This document shows, piece after piece, positions 8,775 to 16,668 of a stretch of DNA of 64,000 nt (position 1 is its first letter; the number at the start of each line of letters is the position of its first letter). Made by a program: the position numbers and the translations under genes. Location of the stretch: positions 1,113,476-1,177,475 of the forward strand of contig OY969774.1 in NCBI GenBank assembly GCA_963702955.1, written 5' to 3'. The stretch is from an uncultured Solirubrobacterales bacterium (GTDB taxonomy: Bacteria; Actinomycetota; Thermoleophilia; Solirubrobacterales; 70-9). The notes beneath the pieces are model-generated. The model did no database searches. It saw only the letters and a program-made list of their open reading frames with translations, and had not been told where the DNA came from.

Positions 8775-9493
8775 CCTAGCGCCGTCCGCCCTCGAGTCCT
8801 GAGCAGCGCCGCGCCGCCGGCCAGCAGGCCGAGGACGCCGACGACCAGCGCCGCGATCGCCAGGCCGTCGCCGGAGCCGCCGCCCGATCCCGAGCCGCCG
8901 GACGCGGCGGCTCCGACCCCCGGCGCCTGACCGGGCGTCGGGCCGGCCTCGCCGCCGGCGACGTCCTCGATCACCCCGCCCTTGGCGGTGACGTTGATCG
9001 TCGGCGCCGGGTATTCGGCGCTCGGCGAGCCGATCCAGTGCGCCACCTTCCCGTTGCTGTAGGACTCGAGCGTCTTGAAGGCGAGCGACTTGCCGGCCAG
9101 ATCGTCGGGGATCGCGACCGAGAGCGGGAACTGGATGAAGGTGCCGTTGTCGAGGCGCCCGTCAACCGAGCGGTCTCCGGTCCAGATCACCTGCGAGACC
9201 TCTTCGTCGACCGGCCCGTCGTCGGTCTGGATCGGCTTGGCGAGCTTCTTGGTCACCTCCTTGATGCTCCAGCCGGGGACGTTCTGGGTGTCGACCGAGG
9301 TGAACCCGGGCGGCAGCAGCATGTCAACCTTGTAGGCGTAGGCGTTTTCTTCCTCGCCGGGCACGCGCACGTCGAGCGTCGCGAAGGCGCCGGCGGGAAC
9401 GGTGTCGGGGTGCAGGCTGACGTGCGCCTGGGCCGCCGCCGGAAGCAGCAGGGAGCCGGCCAGGGCGCAGAGGAATACGGTTCGCTTGAGCAT
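8771..9493 (-). CDS. YcnI-like (DUF1775) copper-binding protein with C-terminal membrane anchor
   Basis: Start MLKRTVFLCALAG with GGAGG SD 5 nt upstream. Signal cleavage AQA/HVSLHPDTVPAG leaves an N-terminal His. Gly-rich linker and a TM anchor at the C-terminus. Confidence 0.75.
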   Translation of the reverse strand: MLKRTVFLCALAGSLLLPAAAQAHVSLHPDTVPAGAFATLDVRVPGEEENAYAYKVDMLLPPGFTSVDTQNVPGWSIKEVTKKLAKPIQTDDGPVDEEVSQVIWTGDRSVDGRLDNGTFIQFPLSVAIPDDLAGKSLAFKTLESYSNGKVAHWIGSPSAEYPAPTINVTAKGGVIEDVAGGEAGPTPGQAPGVGAAASGGSGSGGGSGDGLAIAALVVGVLGLLAGGAALLRTRGRTALG

Positions 9494-9519
9494 CGAGACC
9501 TCCTGTTGGGTATGTGGAC

Positions 9520-11268
9520 TCACCGGATCGGGACCGGGATCGTCTTGGCGTACTGGTCGAAGGCGGAAACCCGGTCGGTCACCTGGATCTCCCAGGTGCC
9601 GCCGGGGCTGAGCTGGGCCGCGGTCAGCGTGTAGTGGCCGGGGCCCGAGAGGTTCGCTTTCAGCGGGATCGGCCCGATCCGCTCGGCCGGCAGCCTGGCG
9701 GTGACCGTGAGCTGCTTGGTGGCGGTGAACTGGGCGCCGTCCTTGGCGTCGATCAGGTAGAGGTGGATCGTGTTAGGCCCGGCCCGCGCCGGTTCGACCG
9801 TCATCTCCAGCTCGGCCGGGCCGAGCGTCGTGTTGATGGCGAACGGTCCCTGCGCCGCGTCGATCGGCGGCGCGTAGGAGACCAGGGCCGCGGTGACGCC
9901 GAAGACGACGAGCATCAGCGCGATCTCGCCGCGGAAGCTGCGACGGGCCTCGACCCCGGTCGTGCCCGGCGCCAGCGCCCGCTCGGCGAGGCGCCGCAGC
10001 GCCGGCAGGACCCGCTGCCGGTTGACCGCCCCGAGGCCGATCAGCGCCAGCAGCAGGGCCACCTTGGCGAGGACCAGCAGCCCGTAGGTGGTGCTGAGCA
10101 GCGCCTCGACGCTGCGCACGTCGATGTAGGCCTGGACGACGCCGGTGACCGCGATCGCCACCACCGAGGCGAGCGCGAGCGGCGAGAAGCGGGACAGGGT
10201 CGCCAGCAGCAGCCGGGTGCGGTCCTCGGGGTGGAGCCTGCGGGTCGCGGCGGGCAGCGCCAGCAGCAGGCAGGCGATGCCGCCGACCCAGACGCTCGCC
10301 GCGAGGACGTGGACGAAGTCGGTCGGGAAGAAGACGGCAACCGGGCTCTCGATGCCGGCGTGACCGGCGAAGGCCGGCGTCATCGCCAGGTAGGCCGCGC
10401 CGATCGCGATCGGGACGCTCGACGGGCGCCGCGCCCGCGGCGCCCGCCAGGCCGCCGTCAGGAGGATCCCCAGGACGATCCAGTCGGCGGCGCGCAACGC
10501 CCAGACCGTGCCGAAGCGGCTGCTCAGCGTGTCGTTGAGGATCGGGCCCTTCAGCGAGGACCAGAGCGAGACACCGGCGGCGCTGGCGCCCTGGAGGAGG
10601 ATGCCGAGGACGCTGACCGCGATCCCGAGGACGACCGCGGCCGCGAGCAGACGCCCCAGCCGGCGCCCGAACGCCCGCGAGACTTCCGACCACTCCGCCG
10701 CGCCGACGGAGGCCGCGGCGAACCCGGGGCGCCAGACGAAGACGAGGAAGGCGAGCCCGCCGATCAGCAGCGCGATCGAGAGGTAGTCGAGCATCCTGGT
10801 CGCGCCGAAGGCGAGTTTCGTCACCTCGCCGCTCTCGCCTTTGCCGATCAGGCCGGCGACCGTGTACTTCGGCGCCGCTCCGGCGTGGCCGATGCTGAAG
10901 ACGAGGCCGCCGTAGACGATGTGGGTGTCGGCCGAGATCACCCGGTAGGTCGCCGTGTAGGTGCCGTCGGGGAGGTTCGGCTTCAGCCCGACGCCCATCC
11001 AGGACTCGTGGCCGCCGGGGTGGGAGATGTCGAGGTCGTCGACCTCGGAGCCCTGGGCGTCGTAGACGCGGACCGCCCCGACGGTCCCGCCGACCGCCTG
11101 GTTGTACTTGAAGATCACCTCCTTGGGCTGCGTCTTCACGGTCGCCCCGGAGGGCGGCGAGGTGCCGACGAGCTGGGCATGGGCAAGCGCCGACGGCGCC
11201 CAGGTCAGGGCGCCGAGGAAGGCGACCAGGACGGTCGCCCCGAACGCCGTCGCGCGGCATGCGCGCAT
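9520..11268 (-). CDS. CopC-CopD fusion protein (YcnJ-like) with C-terminal Ig-like/YtkA-like domain
   Basis: Signal ALA/HAQLVGTSPPSGATV (CopC with N-terminal His), then about 8 TM helices (CopD-like) and a soluble beta-rich C-terminal domain. AAGGGGG SD before ATG 11268. Confidence 0.8.
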   Translation of the reverse strand: MRACRATAFGATVLVAFLGALTWAPSALAHAQLVGTSPPSGATVKTQPKEVIFKYNQAVGGTVGAVRVYDAQGSEVDDLDISHPGGHESWMGVGLKPNLPDGTYTATYRVISADTHIVYGGLVFSIGHAGAAPKYTVAGLIGKGESGEVTKLAFGATRMLDYLSIALLIGGLAFLVFVWRPGFAAASVGAAEWSEVSRAFGRRLGRLLAAAVVLGIAVSVLGILLQGASAAGVSLWSSLKGPILNDTLSSRFGTVWALRAADWIVLGILLTAAWRAPRARRPSSVPIAIGAAYLAMTPAFAGHAGIESPVAVFFPTDFVHVLAASVWVGGIACLLLALPAATRRLHPEDRTRLLLATLSRFSPLALASVVAIAVTGVVQAYIDVRSVEALLSTTYGLLVLAKVALLLALIGLGAVNRQRVLPALRRLAERALAPGTTGVEARRSFRGEIALMLVVFGVTAALVSYAPPIDAAQGPFAINTTLGPAELEMTVEPARAGPNTIHLYLIDAKDGAQFTATKQLTVTARLPAERIGPIPLKANLSGPGHYTLTAAQLSPGGTWEIQVTDRVSAFDQYAKTIPVPIR

Positions 11269-11313
11269 GGATGAACCCCCTTCAGTCGTCGGTCTTCGCG
11301 CGGAGAGGGCTGC

Positions 11314-11643
11314 TCAGGCGCAGCCCGCGGGCGCGGGGGGAGCGCGCCCGCCGAGCGAGAGGGCGATCAGGCGACCGCCGTGGGGCGTCCGCAGGGGCGG
11401 ACGGGCTCGGGGGACGATGACCGCCGGAGAGGGGCGCCGTCCGCGGCGCTTGACGAGGCCGGCGATCAGGTCCGCGCCCGGGTAGGGCCAGACCAGCATC
11501 GTCGCCACCAGCAGCGCCAGCGGCATCAGGTCGAGCAGGGCGTTGTCGAAGCCGCCCAGGGCGAGGACCAGCGCTCCGAGGCCGAGCAGCAGCGCCGAGA
11601 GGAGCGGAACCCTCCAGCGCCATGAGCGGCCCGGCCTGACCAT
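11314..11643 (-). CDS. small two-TM membrane protein, function unknown
   Basis: 109-aa ORF with strong GC3 bias through the first 65 or so codons. First gene of the minus-strand copper cluster. Confidence 0.45.
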   Translation of the reverse strand: MVRPGRSWRWRVPLLSALLLGLGALVLALGGFDNALLDLMPLALLVATMLVWPYPGADLIAGLVKRRGRRPSPAVIVPRARPPLRTPHGGRLIALSLGGRAPPAPAGCA

Positions 11644-11700
11644 GCGCGAAAGGATATGCCTTCGCCTCGCCGTTGGCGGCGACGGCTATCGTGTCCCGCC

Positions 11701-12414
11701 GTGGACGGCAGGCTCCCGACGAGTCGCCTCGGCCTGGCGATCGCCCTGGCGGCGGCGCTGCCGGCGCTCTCCTTCCCCGCGAGCGCGCCGGCCGGCAACC
11801 CGGACTACCGCTCGGTGATCGAGAGCGTGACGCCGAAGGTCCCGGGCGTCAGCTTCGAAGTGCTCGAATACGACAGCTACGTCGAGCTGCGCGACCGCAG
11901 CGGCCACGAAGTCGTCGTCTACGGCTACGAGCACGATCCCTACGCGCGGATCCTCAGCGACGGCACGGTCCAGGTCAACCAGCGCTCCCCCGCGACCTAC
12001 CTCAACACCAGCTTCTTCCCGACCGCCCCGGTGCCGGCCAGGGCCGATCCGAAGGCGCCGCCGGAATGGAAGACGCAGAGCCACGACGGAACCTTCGTCT
12101 GGCACGACCACCGGATGCACTACCTGACGACCGGCGTGCCGCCGCAGGTCAAGGACGCGAGCCGCAAAACCAGGATCTTCGACTACGAAATCCCGCTGCG
12201 GATCGACGGCCGCAGGGGGGCGATCCACGGCATCCTGTTCTGGGTCGGCAGTCCCGCGGCCTCGAAACTGCCGATCATCATCGCCAGCGTCGTGATCCTG
12301 CTCGGCGCCGTGGCGCTGGTGCTGGCGACCCGGCGCCGGAGGCGCGGTGGCGGCGAGGGAGGAGAGGGCGACACCCCCGACTCGCGGGAGGAGCCGGCGG
12401 GCGAAGCCTGGTAG
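11701..12414 (+). CDS. exported, C-terminally anchored protein of unknown function (WHDHRMHY motif)
   Basis: The track ORF starts at 11656, but coding-like GC3 begins at GTG 11701. Signal-like LGLAIALAAALPALSFPASA, a beta-rich body with FVWHDHRMHY, a C-terminal TM helix and an RRRRRGGGEGGEG tail. Confidence 0.6.
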   Translation: MDGRLPTSRLGLAIALAAALPALSFPASAPAGNPDYRSVIESVTPKVPGVSFEVLEYDSYVELRDRSGHEVVVYGYEHDPYARILSDGTVQVNQRSPATYLNTSFFPTAPVPARADPKAPPEWKTQSHDGTFVWHDHRMHYLTTGVPPQVKDASRKTRIFDYEIPLRIDGRRGAIHGILFWVGSPAASKLPIIIASVVILLGAVALVLATRRRRRGGGEGGEGDTPDSREEPAGEAW

Positions 12415-12426
12415 CCGCGCGGTCGA

Positions 12427-13116
12427 TCAGTCTTCGAGCAGCTTCGGCAGGTCGTGGACGATCTGGCTCGGCTGGAAGTTCTCCGGGTAGATCGTGGTCA
12501 GCTTGCCGCCGGCGTCGATCCCGTAGACCAGCGCCGAGTGGGCGACGAATTCGGGATTCGACGGTTCCGGAGTGGAGGCGACGTTCCATGCCTGCCAGAC
12601 CGGGTTCAGCTGCTTGGCGCTGCCGATCAGGTACTTCATCCTGCCGGTCATCCCGTGCACCTTGAGGAACTTGGCGACGGCTTCGTGCGTATCCCCCTTC
12701 GGATCGACGGAGACGGCGATTATCTGCATCTGCCTGCTGCGGTCGGGGCCGAGCTGGCCGAGGACGTTGTGGAGCTGGGCGGTGATCAGCGGGCAGACGT
12801 CGGGGCAGTGGGTGTAGAGGAAGGTGACGAATACCGCCTTGCCGCGGTAGCCGGCCAGGCTGACGGGTTCGCCCAGATAGTTGTGCAGGTCCCCGAACGA
12901 CGGCGCCGGCTTCTGCGGTTCCACCAGCTGCCCGTCGTAGCCGGTCACCGACCTGCTGTGGGCGTCGTTCGGGAGCGCCACCGAGGAGTGCTGGGTGACC
13001 AGCAGGGCGGTGACGCTGGCGACGATCGCCGCCACCGCCACGAGGGGGATGGCGAGGGAGACGGGCACCCCGCGGCGCTTCTCCGGGCTGTCCGGGCTCG
13101 GCTCGTCGCTCGCCAT
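12427..13116 (-). CDS. SCO1/SenC-family thioredoxin-fold copper chaperone
   Basis: Start MASDEPSPDSPEKRRGVPVSLAIPLVAV (ATG 13116). TM anchor, CxxxC motif FLYTHCPDVCPL, distal His (AHSALVYGID). Confidence 0.85.
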   Translation of the reverse strand: MASDEPSPDSPEKRRGVPVSLAIPLVAVAAIVASVTALLVTQHSSVALPNDAHSRSVTGYDGQLVEPQKPAPSFGDLHNYLGEPVSLAGYRGKAVFVTFLYTHCPDVCPLITAQLHNVLGQLGPDRSRQMQIIAVSVDPKGDTHEAVAKFLKVHGMTGRMKYLIGSAKQLNPVWQAWNVASTPEPSNPEFVAHSALVYGIDAGGKLTTIYPENFQPSQIVHDLPKLLED

Positions 13117-13280
13117 GCGGTGAAGCTTGACACGTCGGCTTAAGAGCCTCCAAAGCGCGGCGGGGAAGCGCTGGCGCAACCCGCGACCGCGTCGGCCCAC
13201 GGGATCGTCGGCCGCGCCGACCTGCCGATCCCCTCGTTGCTGTTCGCCTGGGCCGCCGCGATCGTAATGGTGATCTCCTT
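13110..13280. repeat. direct repeat copy A: decayed duplicate of the sco/membrane-gene intergenic region plus a 5' gene fragment
   Basis: 13114-13159 is identical to 18005-18050; 13160-13167 equals 18066-18073; 13168-13280 matches 18145-18257 at 111/113. It lacks the ATG and first 19 codons present in copy B. Confidence 0.9.
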
Positions 13281-13306
13281 GGTTGACGCCGCTAGCATCC
13301 GCGCCG

Positions 13307-14245
13307 GTGCGTGTCCTCGACAGCCCCGACCAAAACACGATCAGCGAGCTTTTGGCGCGCGATGAGTTCTTCTGGCTCGACCTGGAGCAGCCGAGTCCCG
13401 AAACGATCGAACTCCTGGGCGAGTTATTCCACTTTCACCCGCTGGCCCTCGAGGATTCCCAGCACTTCGGTCAGCGGCCCAAGCTCGACGACTACGACAA
13501 CCACATGTTCCTCGTCTACTACGGCGCTCGCCCCGAGGGAGGCGAGGACGACGAGATGCTGGTGGAGGTCCACGCTTTCCTCAGTGGCGGTTTCATCATC
13601 ACGCTCCACCATCGCCCCTGCGCGGAGCTGGATGAGCTGCGCGCGCGCCTCCCCCGCCAGGCTGATCGCAGCGAGCAGTTCGTCATCTACCGCGTTCTCG
13701 ACGCCCTGACCGACAGCTTCTTCCCCGCCCTGGAGGGGATCGGCATTGAGATCGAGCAGCTGGAGGCCGAGATCCTGGAAAAGCCCACCGACCAGCACCT
13801 GGAGCGGATCTTCGACCTCCGCCGCCATCTGGTCGCACTACGCCGAGTCGTCTCCCCCCAGCGCGATCTGCTGGCGCGCGCCACCGACGACATCCTCGAT
13901 CTGCCGGGCCTGGAGGCCGACAGCCGCAACTACTTTCGCGACGTCTATGACCACATGCTGCGGATCTCGGACCTGATCGACAGCTACCGGGACCTGCTCG
14001 CCAGCTCGCGGGACGCCTATCTCTCGATGGTCTCCAACCGCCTCAACTCGATCAGCAAGCAGCTGACGATCGTCGCGACGATCTTCTTGCCGCTTGCCTT
14101 CATCACCGGCTTCTTCGGCCAGAACTTCAAGTGGATGACCGATCACATCCAGTCCTTCGCCGCCTTCGCGGTCTATGGCGTCGGCGGCCTTGTGGTGTCG
14201 GCTATCGCGCTCTTCATCTGGTTTCGCCGCGGCGGCTACTTCTAG
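13307..14245 (+). CDS. corA: CorA-family divalent cation channel with GQN instead of GMN
   Basis: Typical CorA layout: acidic soluble domain, two C-terminal TM helices, LPLAFITGFFGQNFKWM loop (GQN codons 14117-14125). Start taken at GTG 13307; the track gives TTG 13283. Confidence 0.8.
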   Translation: MRVLDSPDQNTISELLARDEFFWLDLEQPSPETIELLGELFHFHPLALEDSQHFGQRPKLDDYDNHMFLVYYGARPEGGEDDEMLVEVHAFLSGGFIITLHHRPCAELDELRARLPRQADRSEQFVIYRVLDALTDSFFPALEGIGIEIEQLEAEILEKPTDQHLERIFDLRRHLVALRRVVSPQRDLLARATDDILDLPGLEADSRNYFRDVYDHMLRISDLIDSYRDLLASSRDAYLSMVSNRLNSISKQLTIVATIFLPLAFITGFFGQNFKWMTDHIQSFAAFAVYGVGGLVVSAIALFIWFRRGGYF

Positions 14246-14247
14246 CG

Positions 14248-14913
14248 ATGAGGCTGTCGCGAGCAGATCGTGAGGAGCTCGGCGTGGTCGAGCCGTTTTG
14301 GCAGGCGCAGCTCGCCGTGCTTTTCGCCCTCCTGCTTTACCTCCTGCTGCCGGGCCGGCTGACGCTCGGGCCGCGCTGGCTGCTGCCGGCCTTCGAGGGC
14401 GTACTGCTGGTGGGGCTCGCGATCTCGACTCCGTACCGCCACCACACTCAGTCGCCCGTGCGCCGACGGCTGTCGATCGGCCTGATCGCGCTGGTGACGG
14501 CCGCCAACTTCACCGCGCTGGGGCTGCTCGTCCACCTGCTGCTTGAGCGCAACACGGCCGCCGGCCGCGACCTGATCATCGCCGCCGGCCAGATCTGGCT
14601 GACGAATGTGGCGGTCTTCGCGCTCTGGTTCTGGGAGATCGACCGCGGCGGGCCGCACGTGCGAACCAAGTCCGAACAGCGGGCGCCGGATTTTCTCTTC
14701 CCGCAGATGACCGTTCCCGAGCTGCCGCTCGGAGACTGGCGCCCGGGCTTCATGGACTACCTCTACGTCGCCTTCACGAATGCCAGCGCATTCAGCCCGA
14801 CCGACGCGATGCCGTTGACCGTCCGGGTCAAGAGCCTGATGCTGGTCGAGGCAATGGCCTCGTTCCTGACGGTGGGCCTGATCGCCGCGAGGGCGGTCAA
14901 CATCCTCGGCTGA
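14248..14913 (+). CDS. DUF1345-like polytopic membrane protein
   Basis: ATG 14248 lies 3 nt after the corA stop. About 6 TM helices with a YVAFTNASAFSPTDAMPLT segment that I associate with DUF1345 (from memory). Confidence 0.5.
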   Translation: MRLSRADREELGVVEPFWQAQLAVLFALLLYLLLPGRLTLGPRWLLPAFEGVLLVGLAISTPYRHHTQSPVRRRLSIGLIALVTAANFTALGLLVHLLLERNTAAGRDLIIAAGQIWLTNVAVFALWFWEIDRGGPHVRTKSEQRAPDFLFPQMTVPELPLGDWRPGFMDYLYVAFTNASAFSPTDAMPLTVRVKSLMLVEAMASFLTVGLIAARAVNILG

Positions 14914-14917
14914 GTGC

Positions 14918-15268
14918 TTACTTGTTCCGAGCGCGCATACGGCGGCGCTCGGCGCGGCGGAAGCGAATCAGCTCGTTTGCAGCGCCCACCACGATCAGCC
15001 CGGCGATCAGGCCGAGCGCGATGCTCGGCACTCCACTCAGTACGCCCACCGCGACCACCGCGAGCGCTCCCAGGCAGCCGGCCAGGAGGATGCGAAGAAC
15101 GAAGACATCTGCCGGTGAGGCTTGGCCGCGGCGCGCACCGATCACGGCGCCGAGCGCCGCGGCGCTGCACACCACCAAGGCGGGATACGCCGCGCCTCCC
15201 ACCGTCGCGGCAAGGACACCTACGGCTGCTCCCAGGAGGACGCCGTTTCTAGTACCGGCCGAGACCAT
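14918..15268 (-). CDS. small Gly/Ala-rich membrane protein
   Basis: MVSAGTRNGVLLGAAVGVLAATVGG..., 3-4 hydrophobic helices and a basic tail. Directly downstream of the Nramp-related gene. Confidence 0.45.
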   Translation of the reverse strand: MVSAGTRNGVLLGAAVGVLAATVGGAAYPALVVCSAAALGAVIGARRGQASPADVFVLRILLAGCLGALAVVAVGVLSGVPSIALGLIAGLIVVGAANELIRFRRAERRRMRARNK

Positions 15269-15296
15269 CGCTGTTTCCCGAGCAGAGCGCCATCCG

Positions 15297-16607
15297 TCAG
15301 AAGCCAAACACCGTTACCGCGACGAGGATCAGCGACAGCGTAGACGTGGCGGCGACGGTGGCCGCGGTCAGCCCGTCGACCACTCCCCGGTTTCGGTGCT
15401 CGCCCATCAGCTCCTCGTTGCGCGCCAGGCGCCAGATGAAAAAGAGATTGATCGGCAGTAGCAGGCCGTTGACGACCTGCACTCCGACCAGCAGGGAGAT
15501 AACCGGGACTCCGGGGATCACGGCGACGATGGTGGAGATCGCGATCATCGCCGCGATCACGCCCATGAAGACGGGCGCGTCACGCAGCCGGTTGCCGATC
15601 CCCTTCTCGAATCCCAGCGACTCGGAGAGAACGTAGGAGGTGGCTATCGGGAGGATCGCCGCCGCCAGGAGGCTGGCACCGAGCAGGCCGATCCCAAACA
15701 GCAGCTCGGCGTACTTGCCCGCCAGCGGTCCCAGCGCCTTGGCGGCGTCGGCGGCGGAGCCGATCGTGTGGATGCCACCGACGTACAGAGTCGCGGCGGT
15801 GGCGATGATGATGAAGACGGCGATCAGGTTGGCGAACAGCGCGCCTGCGACGGCCTCCCTACTCTCAGCCTTCAGCTCGTCCTTGCCGGCGCCGCGCTCG
15901 ACCACGGCCGACTGGAGGTAGAGCTGCATGTAGGGGGTGATGGTCGTTCCCGCCGTGGCGACGAACAGCAGCAGGTAGGCGGAGTTGGTCTGGATCTGCG
16001 GGACGACGAGAGAGTGTCCGACTTCGCCCCAATCGGGATGGGCGAGGATCGCCGCGATCGGATAGGCGAAGAACGGGATCGTCAGCCAGATGAAGATCCG
16101 CTCTGCGGAGCGGTAGGAGCCGCGCAGGATGATCAGCCAGATACAGCCCGCGGCGATCGGGACCGAGACCTGGGCCGGGATGCCGGCCAGCCCGAGCGCC
16201 GCCCCGACGCCGACGAAGTCGGAGATGCAGATGCCCATGTTGGCGATCAGCACTGCCGTCGTGGCGAAGGCCGACCAGCGGATTCCGTAGCGCTCGCGGA
16301 TCAGCTCGGCGAGGCCCTTGCCGGTGATGACCCCCATCCGCGCCGCGGCCCGCTGGACCATGACCAGGGAGATCGTGATCAGCACCATCGCCCAGAGCAG
16401 GCTGTAGCCGTACTTGGCTCCTACCGAAGAGTAGGTGGCGACCCCGCCGGCGTCGTTGCCGGCGTTGGCGGCGATCAGGCCGGGGCCGAGCAGCCCGAGG
16501 AAGACGAGGACGCGGCTACGCCGCGAGCGCAACCGGGCAGGCAGGCGCGGCCGGCCGGCGGCAAGTGACCGGACCCGGCGTATGGCGGCTCGTACTCGGC
16601 CCGCCAT
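15297..16607 (-). CDS. Nramp/SLC11-related transporter with non-canonical metal site (NRMT-like, possible Mg2+ transporter)
   Basis: Overall Nramp/MntH-like 11-TM sequence. TM1 reads GNDAGG (16443-16457) where DPGN is expected, and TM6 reads TTITPYMQLYLQS (TPY 15930-15938) where MPHN is expected. Confidence 0.75.
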   Translation of the reverse strand: MAGRVRAAIRRVRSLAAGRPRLPARLRSRRSRVLVFLGLLGPGLIAANAGNDAGGVATYSSVGAKYGYSLLWAMVLITISLVMVQRAAARMGVITGKGLAELIRERYGIRWSAFATTAVLIANMGICISDFVGVGAALGLAGIPAQVSVPIAAGCIWLIILRGSYRSAERIFIWLTIPFFAYPIAAILAHPDWGEVGHSLVVPQIQTNSAYLLLFVATAGTTITPYMQLYLQSAVVERGAGKDELKAESREAVAGALFANLIAVFIIIATAATLYVGGIHTIGSAADAAKALGPLAGKYAELLFGIGLLGASLLAAAILPIATSYVLSESLGFEKGIGNRLRDAPVFMGVIAAMIAISTIVAVIPGVPVISLLVGVQVVNGLLLPINLFFIWRLARNEELMGEHRNRGVVDGLTAATVAATSTLSLILVAVTVFGF

Positions 16608-16668
16608 CTATCACTTCGTGTTCGTCCCAGCTCGCCATCGGCGCCGGGCAGTCTACGCCCGCGAGCGC

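Noticed and set aside
13117-13306. M-box (Mg2+) or yybP-ykoY (Mn2+) riboswitch upstream of corA, and likewise upstream of the MgtE_N/CBS gene (17956-18087)
   Set aside because: These spacers are fully accounted for by the duplicated intergenic and 5'-gene segment. I did not recognise the conserved M-box or yybP blocks.
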